Assembly (NCBI GenBank): GCA_964247055.1
Contig: OZ176051.1
Location: 12,648,001-12,712,000 of the forward strand
Direction of reading: 5' to 3'
Length of the DNA stretch: 64,000 nt
DNA from: Paragordius varius
Taxonomy: Eukaryota; Animalia; Nematomorpha
In this document: positions 37,550-52,030 of the stretch, in pieces
Position numbering within the stretch: position 1 is the stretch's first letter
Layout of the letters: each line of letters opens with the position of its first letter
The notes under the pieces: model-generated
What the model was told of the DNA's origin: nothing
Databases searched by the model: none
Seen by the model: the letters and a program-made list of their open reading frames with translations, nothing else
Position numbers and translations under genes: made by a program

Positions 37550-40500
37550 TTAAAAATAATAAATTTTTGTTAAGTTTTTTTGACGTTCATATCAAATTTT
37601 AATTGGTAAAATGTTAAGTCAAAAATGCATAGTTTCCAATCTGTGTTATGTGACTTTTGCGCTAAAACGCATATAGAAAAGGTCCAAACTGGCAAATATC
37701 AGTCAGGGAAAAGTGTTTTATCGTTAAATTATTGTGAAAAAGACTTAAATTCGAGTTTGATATCTTTGGCATTTTTACATTTGAATATAATCCATGATCT
37801 GATATATTAAGTTGGTTAATCTCTAGACCGTCAAATCAGATATATGATATAACATGGAATGCATCTATAAATGCATATTGGTTCTTATTTATAAGAATGT
37901 CTGAAGATTTATAAATAAAGGTGTAGGCAGAAAATTCGGGAAAATACTAAAAATATACGAAATAAACAATTTTTCTGCCGATATAATTGTTTTTGATTTC
38001 GAAAGTGGATTATTTATAGCGCTCTAATCTAAAATAGATATGCTAAAAGTTATTAAGTAACGATAACACCGAAATTGCTTATTGTTTCTCATTTATTTTA
38101 TCAATATTATTTGGATAAGTTTACCAAATTCGGGGCAGAAATTGGGTTATAATTTCCGTTTGGTCAAATTTACAATATTATAAGATTGAAGTTATTAAGG
38201 CATACAAATATACAAATTCCAATTTGTATTTTTTTTACTGTTAAGTTAAAAGTTATTATATTTTTGACATGGGGAGGTTTTTGATACAGCCCAAAATAGT
38301 AAATAAAAAAAATTTTTGCGAAAATATCAAAACCTATTTCTTTTATTAAAATTGATTTTTTACAGTTTTTAATTTTTCAATCCACAACACATTGAAACGA
38401 ACTAGATAAATCAATAAAATATCAAAATGCTGTTGAATTTAATTTAGAAGTTTCCAAAATTTATTATTAACATTAACCATAATATATATTTTCAGGTGGC
38501 GAAAAGGTTAAATGGAGAGATTTATTTTGTTCAAAAAAATGTATGATATGCTACTTTAAATGCTAAAGAAAGCGATTTTTAATTTTGGTCAATGCTAAAA
38601 ATATTTTTGATAATTTAAAAAATTTGGGTATAAAACCCTTAAAAATTATAAAGTATATTTTTCTGATTTTTCTTTTATATTTTACTTTAAAAAGCTTGTA
38701 AATTACATTTTAGCAGCAAAAATATTTGATACACTAAAATGAGCTGATTCGAAAAACGGGTTTGAAGCTTATCCAATTTCTGACTATAAAAGATGAAAAT
38801 AGATAAGTTTTAAAAAATTAGGATAAACAACTGGTTTATATGCGAGTTGAAGCTTCGCAAAATTATCCTACACCTAAAAAATGAAAATTAGTGTGAAGTA
38901 GGTTAAAAATAAAAGAACTGTTTTTATAATTGAACATATATGCTCAATGATCGTTATATATATAGTGTACAAAATCGAGGGAAGTGGGGCTATATATTCT
39001 GATGAAATGTATATAAGATGAAAGTATCAATTATATAGTGCTTTGGGTTTTGGACATTATGGGTCATTAAAAAATTCAATTTTTTCGGTTGCCTCTTATC
39101 AAATAATTGCTAAATATGCCCTTATTACACGGATTTAAAAATCCCGATTTAATATAAATATTGTGATAGGGAATATCAAGACCTATGGTGCTTTTGGCTT
39201 TTGGTTAAAATTCATTTAATAAATATATTTGTACTTTTGTGGTAATTGCTGCTTGAATTCGCATTGGTCACATAATGCTTGGGGGATAATTGCTTATTTA
39301 CAAAAAGGATCATCCAATACACCAAAAACTATAAAACAAATTATTTTATTTTCAGATATATGCTCAGAAATAGTCTGAAATTGTGCGAAAATCTAAAGTT
39401 TAGAAATATCAAACATATTGACGTAAAATTACTTTTGTCATGTTTTCATGCATTTTGAAGCGTGGATGAATAAAAGCACTAGGATTAAAAAATGTAATTC
39501 GACATGCTATACATTTATTCCACCTTAATATTTGTTTAAATATGTTTTTGACTTCAAATACATGTAGATTTTTTGTAAAAAAACAGATCTATTCCGGTGA
39601 GACCATAATAAAGGCGAAACGCCTATCACACTTAACATTGTCAAAAAATTCGGACATTTGATCACAGAATACCAACAGGGTAAACTAATATCTTCAATCA
39701 ATATTTGGTAGATTAACTATACCCTAAACTCCTATAGATCTCTACCTTTTCTGTCTAATTTTTTGTTTCCCTGCATGCGTTAGGGAAAGAAAATACATAA
39801 CTAACTTTGTATATTTGGATTCTGTCTATTAATTTGCATTATTTAGATATATTGTATTACCTAATTTATGGAATAGCATTAAAATTATTTGAATTAAAAT
39901 TTAATCAATATTTTTGGATACTAAGGAAAAGAATATAAGCTCTACATAATGTATATATTGCCAAATAATAGTTTCCTTTGTAGAAATAATTTCTTCATTT
40001 TTGTTCCAAATTGCCGCAACAGTTTGTATTGCGGTGTTTGAAATATTTAGATGATCGGTTCGATTTGGTGCTAATCATTAATTTTTAAAACGATTTTAAC
40101 ACAAACTACATAGAACTGGAATCTATATTCTAATAATTGGTGAATGCAGGGGTGCGGGAGAGATTTAAAATTTTATATTATATTTGGATAGAAATAAATT
40201 TCTATATTTGATGAGAGCTTTTTGATTAACCTTTTTACCTGTTTAGTTTCAATCTATCGTTTAATTTTAATATAGAGTTAAGGAAAATTAATGAATATGT
40301 ATTATGATAAATGAAAGCGTTTTTTACTATTAAATGAAATTATCTTTGTTCTCAAAAGTTATGCTTGGAAAAGCTGTTATATATTTAAAGAAAAAAGTGT
40401 GAGTTTTTTTATTATTTTTAAATTGATACAATGATTTTGTCATTTTTTTAAAGAATTTTAGCAGTAATTTGTGTTAAATTGTCAACAAAAATATATTAAA

Positions 40501-41196
40501 ATGAATATATTCAATGCTAAACAATTAATTGTGTCAAATTTTCCCTAATGTGACAAAAAATAATTATTTACCAAAATTTATAAATAATAAATAAAAATTT
40601 TAGACTTGTATCATTAAACATTTATTAACGGGCAATGCGTTGATAAAAAGCTATGAAAAATAATTTTTATTCAATAATTCCCTAAGGATGAGGTAGTATT
40701 GCTATATAATTAATAAAAGTTTTATATAATATAATATTTGTTGATAAATTTGAAATGTTATTTATTTTTATTAAATATTTATATTAAATTTACATTTTTA
40801 CACGTTTTATACGTGTAAAAAAATAAATATAATTTAGCTCCACCTCTAATGACTCACAATACAGATATTTGCTTCATTTAATGGCTTTTGGGGGTTTATA
40901 CATTTTATGGTTGAGAAATATAAATGTTTCATATAAAGTGATTTCTTCATAAAAATGTAAACCCTTTATTTTTATAGCTTTGAGCCTTTTGATCCTTTAA
41001 AAAAAATCTAATATAAAGTGTTGTTCAGAAATTTTGATGAAATCATTTTATGGTTTCACAATACCAGATTAATGTGTGTTTGAATAACACCAAATATTTT
41101 ACATATTTTGATTGTGAGGCATTTAATTTCTATTAAAGCCAACCATGAACTTCTTGTGTATCATAAATTAGTCAGATATAATAGAACACCCTAAAC

Positions 41197-41387
41197 CAGG
41201 GGCGTCCAACACAAATATATTTGCGGCTGATTTGATAATTTTTGGTTAATTTTTATTTAATTGAGCCTAATTTTGGTTTATATATATATATATATATAAA
41301 ACTTCTAAATAATACTAAATTTTTGATTGCCAAATTTTATATTTCAACATTTAAGAGTATTTTTACGTACCGTGTTGGAAATCCCTG
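41197..41387. mobile_element. Small hAT-type MITE
   Basis: TIR CAGGGGCGTCCAAC / GTTGGAAATCCCTG; flanks CCCTAAAC / CCCTAATA (degenerate 8-bp TSD). Confidence 0.6.
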
Positions 41388-43026
41388 CCCTAATATATAA
41401 TAGCACCTTTTTTAAATGTACGCTAAAGCGATTCTAATTATTAAAAAAAATCTCTAGATTTGGCGTGCAATTGGAAAAACATATACATTATGTAGCTTAA
41501 GCATATTTTTATAATAACTATTTTTAAAAATGTAAAATTGTTAAATATTCATTTGTTTTTGATACTTTCCCCCGTAAATTATTTTTGAATCGCTAAAAGC
41601 TTGGTAAGTTAAATATTATAGAGTCAGAGATTTTTATCAACCTTAAAGGGCTTTTGATCATATTTTGAAAAAATTTTATAACTATAAATTATAAAATTGA
41701 TAAATTATTTTAATTAGCTTTGGTGTTATTTAAATACAAGTTACAAAAGGGTTAGAATTTTTGATAGTTCTATTGGTAATTATATTTACGATCTTTTGAA
41801 ATTAAAGTTCTTGAATAAAATACACGCCCATTTAATAAATTGTAAAGGTAAAAGTGTGAAAAATATTAAAATGTATAGTTATCTCTTCATTGTTTTTACA
41901 CATTTTTATCCTAGTTAACATTTTGGGGTATTTTATTTTTGAAAGTTATTTTAGTTAAAATTTAATAATCAAACACTCTTCTCGTGTATTAAATAAATAA
42001 AGATATACTTTTACAGTTTTGAGAATTCTACCCGAAATTGGGTCAGCTTTAAAATACGATTGAAACGATCAGCTGATACTAAAATAAAAAATATCAAGTT
42101 TATGCTGGTAAAATATAGCCTGAAAGCTTCTTAAAAATATACATTTATTTCACCGTTGCATCCGCTATTAAGAAATTTTTTTAGAAGAAAATGGCGGCAA
42201 AAGTTTGTGATGAGGATTTTTACACAATTTTACATTTTGTAAAATATATGTATACTGCGCCTAAAATCGCGTACGAAAGCATTTTTTAAATTGACTTAAT
42301 ACCTTAAATTTATGAGAAAATTAAATCGCTCTGGTATGTAAAACTAACCCAAAAGGTAATGGAGTGTTTTTAAGCTACATTTATAAAAAAACAAAGTAAG
42401 ACAATATAGGATATGTACGATAAAACTTTTATAATTTGTTCAAGTCAGTAATAAATATACTTAAAATTAAGTCTGTTTAAATTTTATACTTTGCCCATAA
42501 ACATTTTAAGAAAATATATCTTTAAAAATTTTTTGATAGATTATGTGTTTTTAATGAATATAAACATCGCTCTTTAGCGTGAAAATTGACCAAAAATTGA
42601 TTTATGTGGTAATATGTCTAAATTTTATTAGTCTTAAAAATATATATATAAAACCCAATCGCTAAAATTGAACTAAATATAAAGAAATGTTTTAAGGTAT
42701 TTTATCAAAATAGATAAAGCGACCATATTGACTGAGTTTTTAATTTGGGGATTTTTTTATTTAATTATAGCAGAAAAAATCGACTCCCTCCTATTTTTGA
42801 GAAAAACGAAACCCAAGTTCCTTATTAGCTGTCCAATTTGCCGAAATTCGGGTATAAAACTTAAAAAACAAACAGAAGTCTTACATCAAAGTAAAAAGTG
42901 TATTGTTGTAATTTAATTATTCGTTTTCGAAAATTAACTTTTAAATTCTATGGCTCAATGTGCAAAAAATGCGATTGATCCTGGCTAATAGCAGAATATT
43001 TCGATATTTTAACTGTAACTTTCAGC

Positions 43027-43070
<44 letters not shown>

Positions 43071-43529
43071 ATATTTTACGAATACCTATTTTAAAATGAA
43101 TAATTTGATCATATAATTAATGATCCAAAACACTTTTATGCAATTCTTTATGGCTTTATAGGACAATCCAATACAAGAACGTTTTTCCGTACTTTACTGA
43201 CAATAAATAAAGGAGTGCCAGTACTTTTATGTAAATTTTCTGAAAATACTAATATATACATATATATATATATATATGTATATTAATAGATTTATGAAAA
43301 ATATAAAACAAAAAACAAATTTATTTCGAAATATTTATAAGTTTCACAAAAAATTGGATTAAGGAATAGGTCTAACTGCATTTCTTTCTTTCTTAGAAAA
43401 TTACAATAATTCTATGAAATTCATATATTTTTTTTATTTTTCTACAAAAAGAATTTTAGACATATTTTATCGGCATTATAAAAGAACCGAGGTATTTTAC
43501 AAATCTGCCTATTAAAAAGACAATCGCGG

Positions 43530-43532
<3 letters not shown>

Positions 43533-43592
<60 letters not shown>
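43533..43592. repeat. (TA)n microsatellite, the longest of many (also ~3978-4017, 14040-14090, 17890-17920, 27958-27998, 43031-43066, 57548-57575)
   Basis: Perfect TA dinucleotide run of ~60 bp. Confidence 0.95.
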
Positions 43593-43596
<4 letters not shown>

Positions 43597-44484
43597 GTAT
43601 AATTAATTATTTATTAAAATTTACATTCAATATATATATATGTATATATGTAAGTATTAATATTATTTGCAAATGAATTTTATATCCTCGGATCAATAAA
43701 ATATTCCTATCACTATTCTCTGGCGCTCTAATTACTAATGGAATAAGGAAAAATTATTAAAAAAGTATGAGGTAATTTTTTTATCCATAAATGGCCAATG
43801 CCATACCATATCCTTACTGTTAATATTTGCTGGTAAAAGTAATTTTTTAATGTTGTACAGGTAAGTTTTTTAAACATTTGCTGTTGAATAAGGAATTTAT
43901 TAGGCCATAGATGGTTCAATCTATTCTGTGCTAGTATGTTAATATATTTGTAAATCTTAATTTTTTGATTTTTGAACGTAAATGTTATATACACATTTTT
44001 AAATCATAAGCAAGCGCGTGTTAAAGAAATAAAGAAAGAATAGCTATAAAATTAAATATTTGTATTTTTACCTTTTACTATATGTGTGTTAAAAATTTTT
44101 GAGAGAAAAAAAATAATCCCAAATTTTATGGTTTTTTGAACGGTTGTTAATATATTATTTATATAAAGGTAATGAATGTATTTTACTCATAGCATTTTGG
44201 AAAATATATATAAATACCTGTTTTCACTCCTTTATAATATTTCCGTTGTTAATATTTATTTTTTAAAAATTTGTTTAAGATCCAAAACTATTCTAAAAAT
44301 CGCCGATAAGCCTTTCCAATTGGCACTGATCCATCAAATCATCATCAAAAATCCTTTTTCATAAATAGCCAAAATAATTTATGGGATTATTGGTTTTAAC
44401 CAAGTTATTATTCGATTCTCATTGCTGATACAAAACAATAATAATTAAAACTTATAATTTCTTCAATATACTATATACATAAAT

Positions 44485-47400
44485 ATGTTTGATGTTAATT
44501 ATTGTTTGCCTGTTAATACATTACGGGCACACGTTTTTAATTGGACCTTCGGTTGCTTTGGCTTGATATTGTTTTCGCAAATCATAACCATGAAATTGGG
44601 ATGTTTCCAGGGAGCACCGGTATTTTTCCCACAAGATGCAATAGTAAGTTACATATACAACATATATCTTTTTTTACTCTTTACCTTTTGCAAATACTAT
44701 TTTTGTACATATCATGCAGAAATATCTGAAAAAATATCATTACCTATCCGATTATAATGTACCCTCCACAAACGAGCCTGCCTTAGACTCCCAATTTTCA
44801 GTTATTGAAATGGACCCACTGAATTCAGAAAATTCTGAATCATCTTATCATATGTCGCCGTCAAATTTGCTCAATTCCAACAGAAATTATTACCCAAACA
44901 ATCACTTCAATGTTGATAGGAAGCAACATGCTAAAATGTCTCAAATCAAATCAGATCCCTCACTTTATGAATTGACTCAAGCTATTAAATCTTTTCAACG
45001 TATGGCCAATATCCCACAAACAGGTAATTATTATATACACCCGTTGTTTGAGTATAACTAATTATAGTTTTCTACTAAAATAGGCATAGTCCAATAATAT
45101 TTGTTTTGGTATCTTTTCTTTAATAATTGAGAGGAGTTGAAAAATGCATTATAAAAATATATACATTTAATTTTTATTATCAATTAACTTGTATTTAAAT
45201 TTTTTGTTTTTAAACAAAAAGGTATTATTGATAAGGAAACACGTTACGCTATGGAGATTCCCAGATGCGGTGTTCCCGATAATTTGGATGAAGATTTCGG
45301 TACATTGGGCACCGAATCAAATGGTGCCATAAATCAATATTTTAATTGGCAACCACAAAATCCACGGACCCATCGATGGAAAAGATTTAATCTACAAGGT
45401 TGATATAAGACAAAAGTGAAAAATTTAGGCTGAATAACGATAAAAGGCAATATAACACATTTTCAACATGGAAGGCATAATTTTAGGCTGGTTTAGGTTA
45501 AATGTGGTTTGGTTTAAGTTTATTATTTTATCACAAACAGACTATTATAAACTTGAAAGCTTTAGGAATTTTTTGCACTATAAAGTTTTTTAAAAAAACT
45601 TGTATGGATATTTAATCGAAAAGGCGGTAAACTGGTTTTCTAATATCGGAGAATCAAACGATGTATTTGCCGATTCAAAAAGTGTAATCCCAAAACATTT
45701 TTACACCTGTTAAAAATAATGTGTTTTACTAGTAGAGCCAGCTGTCTTAAGTAATTAAATACATTTTCCATTCAATTATATAAAATTATATTAGTATAGA
45801 AATATAAATTTGATTAAAAATCAATTTAATAATTTTTAAGTAATTTAAAGAAATTTATTTGGGACGATTCGAAATAAGTGCAGCTGTTGTCAAAATCATG
45901 ACTAATATTACCTTGTGTCATTATTGTTAGTAAAGATATTGAGGAAGTTGTGGTTAACTGCCAAGATTTGTATCGAAGCGTTAACACAATAAAATTATAA
46001 TATTATTATACCAACGGTCATAAGTCATTACCGGTTAACTGAGAGGACACATCAGCGAAAAGTATGCAGACGGTTTTAATGCACCCATTTTATTCATCTA
46101 ACCAAAACTATAAATACACAGAACATTCTGCAAAGAGTAGCGCCAGAAATGTCTAAATTTGGGCCTGAAAAAAAATTGCGGCGTTTATTATAGAAGGAAA
46201 AGGCTCTCGAACATTATGTTTCTTCAGTAAACATATGGTATTGGGAAACATGTTTAAATTTAAAATTTGTGATTTCAATGTAAAAAAGAGGAAGCGGGGC
46301 TCTCAAGAGCACAGTGCGAGGACGATAAAGTGCAACAGATATTGGACAATGACCCAATTCAAAATCGATTGGCGGTGGCATTACAAGTATCATGATAAAC
46401 AATCAGTAGACGCCTACAAATCAATGGGAAAAACCAAAAAGCTTGGTAAACGGGCTCAAAATTTAAATGAACGTCAAATCGAAATTCGCAAAGGGACTTG
46501 TGTCTTGCTTCAAAGTCTCGAAGGGAGATCTTTTTGATGAGGATTGACTTTACTTTGTAAAAGTAAAGATGAACACGGCTTTCATCTTTAGCCATTCCAT
46601 CAACACCAAATCTAAATATTTGAGGCGCGAAAATCATGCTCTATGTGTGGTGGGATACGAGCGGTGTTGGATATCATGGTGTCAAAATCAACTCTAGCCC
46701 AACTTATGATTAATTTTAACCAAGACCCGAATGAGCCAGAAGACATGGCAAAGTGATTTTTGCTACACAATTATCCCTGTTACGCGGATAAACAAACGAA
46801 ATAACTATCGCTTCAATAAGAAATTCTTCCACATCCGCTGTCCTGACCAGCGCCTGACTAACATTGTATTAATTGGCACACGGTTGTAGAGTAGCATTTC
46901 AATGTTAAAAAATGGCTTGAGAAATGGTTTTTCAGAATGGATTAGTTTAACTGAAACAGCATAATATATTTCTGAGATGGAATGCGTAGAGCCGGTCTAT
47001 AATATTATAAATAAAATATAATTATCCTGAAAAACTACATGGTTTTTGCACCAAAAAGAACCTGTAAAGACTTATGACTACACCTGGTATATTAAACATG
47101 TATCTAAAAATAAAATCTCAAAACGTTGACCATGTTCTTTAGGCTTGTTTTTGTCTAAATATTAAACAGCAAAATTTTTCTCAATTAGACTTTTCTAAGA
47201 ATATAATAAATTTATTTTTTTAGGTAGTAAATGGGTAAATAATGTGTTGTTTGTGGAAGTTGAAAAATATACGGATGATATACCCATCGAAGTCATTGAT
47301 GAACAGTTGAAGAAGGCTTTAAAGGTAGAAATATGCTTGTATTTAATTAATTTGTATTTATTAATTTATTATTATCTAATTTTTATATAAATCAAAATAC

Positions 47401-50400
47401 TGAAAAAAAATTAGTTACAATATTATAAATTACAAATAAAAAAACTCACGCATTGGCATTTTATGAAACTTTCAGAATTAGTGTATAAAATTGATTTTAA
47501 AGTAAAAAATCTACTATTTTACTCAAAAAAATTAAGGGCTTAGTCCAAATAATCTATCTATTCTCATTTCCTGCTTAAGGCGGACTTAGCATGGATATTA
47601 TTATTTTTCCAATTATTTAATGGTTTAATTAGTTATGAGTCTATTTTCATTTTTACACTTCTTAACTTAATTTTATTATTATTAGAGAAAATAACTATAA
47701 TGGAATACATACAATCAATTATTTTTAGTTCCGAAGATATCTTTTAAAATCAAAAGTCTTTTATTCTAAAAATCAATAAAAACCTTTTGAATACATCATC
47801 CGATAATAATAAATTAACCAATCATGCGTGGAACTCACCAACTTAAGTTACAGTCTTGATCGCATATGAATTATTACAAAATAATTATTTTCACACAAAG
47901 GTGTGGGAAGATCATGCCAACATAACCTTCATTTTCAATGCAAGGAATGGGAGTAAAGTTGATATTGGAGTCGGTTTTTACAAGTTTGATCACAGGGATG
48001 GCGAGAATTTTGATGGGAGAGGCGGAGTGTTAGCCCATGCCTTTTTTCCACAGTACGGGGGAGATGCCCATTTCGATGATTCCGAAAAGTGGTCAACTGC
48101 CATAGGAATACCTGGATGTAATTTTATTTAATTAGTAAATCTGCTTATATTTTCGAACGGTTAACGAGTCTTTTTATATAAGTCTGTCAACTGTTTTTAA
48201 ATTTGATGTTTATACAACTAATATTGTATTTGGATTGGCCCAAAAATTAATTATCGATTCCCAAAATCTATAATAGGTTTTTGTCGTGCTTTGTAAAGGT
48301 GTTCATAAGAATTTTTATAGGATAGCTAAAAATAAATTGTTATTAATTGCTTTATCTAATTAATTTTCTCTTATACGTACAGTATCAAATCTATATCAAG
48401 TCGCTGCACACGAATTTGGGCATTCTCTGGGAGTCTCCCATAGTCCCGAAAGAAATGCACTGATGGCCCCGTTTTATAAACAATTCCAAGGTGAAATCCA
48501 TTTAGCCCAAGATGATATAGACGCAATCCAAAAACTTTATGGTATATAAATGTGGTAGTTTTAAATTTGTTTACTTTTCAATATGTAATTAAGTGAGTAT
48601 TAAGTCGAAAGCTCGAAATATAGCAAAAAACAGGTTAATATTATTATTTGCACCATTATCAATGAGTGAATCACATTAAATATTACTTATGAATGAAATT
48701 TTCTTACCGTTTGGGGTCAAATTAGGTTAAATGTCTTTGCGATCAAACACGTATTCTAAAACTGTTATTATTTGCGATTCAAGTTTAAGCATTTTGTAAT
48801 TTTAGGTATCAATTCAGTTGTGTATTTGTTTAACTTTTAGGCAAACCTGATAAATCACGTTACACGGAGAAACCGGCAATAAAACCTGCTCCATCTTTGT
48901 CACCCACAACTAATTCCTATTATAATAGAGTCGGATATGCACCAAACCGTCATCCAGCAAATGTGAAACCTCCTGTAAATCCATATGAACCTAATCACAA
49001 TTCAATCAATGGGCACAATGAAAACACAAATACAAACCCAAATAACTTTCCTAAAAAACGTGGTCAATCTCGCCCCAGTTTCCCATCTTTTTTTGATGGG
49101 GTCGATCACCACGATTTCTTCCCAGACTCTGCTAATAGATTGGATCCTGTTCCTTTTTGGCCTTCCGACTATCCATTTTATTCAAATGATAATTCTTATC
49201 ATAACAACAATAATAATAATAATCATAAACGAATAAAACCAAACTCTAAAGAACCTACCTATAATTCACATCCTGAAATGCCCTATACAACCAAAAAACC
49301 ACCCAATGTTAACGAGGATAAAAGCAGCTCAGATTTATGCCAAAATTCTAAAATTGATGCTGTAACCACAACTTATGATAATATTACTTATGTGTTTAAA
49401 GGTATAAATATTAAATTGGCAATCTTTTTTCAATGCCTAAATGAATATTTTAGTCTCATTTACCAGATTTTTCTTAACACTTTATTAGTAAACAGTATAT
49501 TAATCATAAATTAGGCGAATTCTATTATGAACTTGATAATTTGGGTGTGAAGATTGGTTTCCCTCGACGCATTATATATGATTGGCCCGGCATTACAGGC
49601 AACGTAAATGCTGCTCTATCCTGGGGCCCCAAAAACAAAAAAACTTTTCTCTTTAAAGTAACTTTTTTTTTATTCATAAATTTTTTACATTGCTATATTA
49701 ATTATCACAAAATATTATTGTATTGTATTAGGGTGATAAATATTGGAGGTATAGCCGTATCAAAGATTCCATGTACCTAGATATTGGATATCCTCAAAAA
49801 ATTTCTAAGGGTTTTCCTGGCGTACCAGATAATATTGATGCCGCTTTCGTTTGGTCGGGCAATGGTATTACGTACTTTTTTAAAGGTTAAATTTTATTAT
49901 TTTATATGAATATGAATAAATTTTATAAAGGTGGGATTAAATAAATTTTTTGTTTCACATGTAAGAAACGTTAGACTTCTAATATTAAGAGATATGTATA
50001 ATTATATTTAAGATGATCTCTATATGAGAGATATCGATAATAGCTCTTGGGTGTAATATATCCCCTTATTTAAATTACAATGATCCAAGAACACCTTTAC
50101 AGGACTTATCCAAATATGTTTATGTATTTTCGCTCCAAGTTCAGGGAGACGGTTAGAATTCGAACCGTTTTAGGTTTGTGTCAAAGAATTTCGTCTAGGA
50201 TTATGGTAACGGTCTCTATGTGTTTTATTTACATAGTTTCAACTTTAGTTCGATTTAAATCAGGGTATTCCTAAACTAGAAACATTATAATCATTATTGC
50301 ATGATTTATGGCGCTTTTCCAAAGAGTTTAGACGTATATACGATAAACTACTAAGAATAAGTTTAATCGATGTTTTGAATTAAATGCAATCTAGAGTACA

Positions 50401-52030
50401 GATTTAGAAACAGTTTTGGTGCTGATTATTATCCGGTTGAGGTTTAAAAACGGTTAAAAACTACCGTTTCTAGTCTCTAAAACCGTGTATTCCTGTTAAA
50501 TTTTTTTTATCAAAAGTGAATTTAGTGCAGCACGATTCTTATTTTTTTAAATAACCATCAATTTTACCTTAATTTTTTAGATCATTTGTATTACCGATAT
50601 GCCGGAATACGTGAAAAAGAAGTAGATCCCGATTATCCCAAACCTCTTAGGAATTGGGACGGATTGCCCATTAAAATTGATGATGCCATGAGATGGAAAA
50701 ATGGAAAAACATACTTTTTCTCAGGACAAAACTACTATAGATTTAACGATTTCAATTTTACGGTTTTAAATTTTTGCCTAAAAAATATTATTATATTAAT
50801 TGAGCTATGTATTCAAAAAAAATGTAATTAAACAACACAAAACCATATAGAGATTAATCTAATTATTTTTGGAAGTAGTATTAAATTTGGCTTATTGTCA
50901 ATATTAATGTTAATTTTTGATCATTTGTAAATATATACCATTTACAGTTCAAATTCACCCTAAAAATAAATTATGTGTTTTCGAACTAATACATTATTAA
51001 TATGAAATACATCTTTATGGCATAATTTATTATTTTTAATATTATTTTAATTTAAATTTTTATTTTTAATATAGGTAATTTTTAACCTTAAAAAACATAT
51101 TTTATATTTGAAGGCGAATGAATTGTTCGAGGGCGAATTTGAATTGTTCAAGGGTAAATATGATTTGTAAATGGTATATTACAATAAAAAACGGTACGCT
51201 AAAGCATTTTTAAACTAAACTTTTTCTACTTATATATAAATATTGAAATTAAGTCAATGCTAAAAAATCAATGATTAATTTTTATAACAAACAAGGTTGA
51301 AGCAAATTACCCGCGAAAATCTTCGTTATGGTGGTTTGGATGTTTCCAAAGTTCTTATGCTCAAAGCCTAACGGCTGATCAAAAATATATTCAACAACTG
51401 TCAAAACATCCTCGTATACTAAACAATAACTACAATAGTTATAAACACAATCCAGAAATTGAGTCAAGGAAAGAACCAATGATAATAGATCGTAACATAA
51501 TTCGCGTAGGTTATATCTCGGGTTCAACAACAAGCATTACTCCTAATAATGTTGGTAATATTGAAAGTATGGATGATGATGATAATGTAAGAAATATAGC
51601 ATTTTTGGAACCGGATACGGCTTTTAACCAATCTAATAAAAGTGAGGTAGGCAATAGCAGTGGATCTACGCTTCAAAGGTTTCACAAAGTTTCACGCGTG
51701 ATCAAAAACAGTTACAAATTTTTAGATGGTGATAGAAATAAGCATCCTAACACATTGCAAAACAATGATTCGAATGTTATTTCACACAACAGCCAAAATA
51801 AATTTTTTATATCATCATCTTCTTCAATGGTTTCAAGTAGTACCCAGTTAAAATTCAACCCATTTCACAAACATTTAATTCACACATTATTACAATTAAC
51901 AATTGATTGGAACAATAAAGAAACGACTATGATATCATTTTTAAATACCCATAATTATATATGCCATATTGCTGTTATAATTGCCATTTTTTACCAAACA
52001 CATAAATATTTGCATTCAACAATCTTATAA
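44485..52030 (+). CDS. Mmp1: Matrix metalloproteinase, furin-activated Mmp1/membrane-type-like, with hemopexin domain, ~963 aa
   Basis: 11 exons with consistent phases: 44485-44643, 44720-45023, 45222-45398, 47224-47324, 47901-48117, 48383-48541, 48841-49401, 49515-49657, 49732-49885, 50581-50762, 51296-52030. Signal peptide; cysteine switch PRCGVPD; furin site RWKR; FDGRGGVLAHAFFP; HEFGHSLGVSH; Met-turn ALMAP; four hemopexin blades closed by WWFGC; hydrophobic C-terminus. Orthology to fly Mmp1 is from remembered similarity. Confidence 0.93.
46011..47087 (+). mobile_element. Decayed mariner (Mos1/mauritiana-like) element in MMP intron 3
   Basis: Right TIR GACTTATGACTACACCTGG|TA (reverse complement resembles Mos1 CCAGGTGTAC), degenerate left TIR TA|CCAACGGTCATAAGTC; remnants FKICDFNV, SMGKTKKLGK..NLNERQIEIRK, KIMLYVWWD, RPE*ARRHGKVI, EILPHP. 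Confidence 0.85.
50938..51174. mobile_element. Short member of the CCATTTACA-TIR MITE family in MMP intron 10
   Basis: TA|CCATTTACAG ... TTTGTAAATGG|TA, with degenerate GAATTGTTCAAG units. Confidence 0.6.

Noticed and set aside
38990-39140. TGATGA motif suggesting a C/D snoRNA
   Set aside because: There is no convincing D box, terminal stem or guide complementarity, and the motif is expected by chance in AT-rich DNA.
37600-39850. Possible LINE endonuclease remnants (ISDH near 37790; NLPNIDW near 39710, minus strand)
   Set aside because: Only single short motifs are visible, too weak to annotate without a profile search.
48985-51533. Alternative-frame and antisense ORFs 48985-49236, 50080-50274 and 51282-51533
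   Set aside because: They overlap MMP exons or introns and have no independent homology signal.
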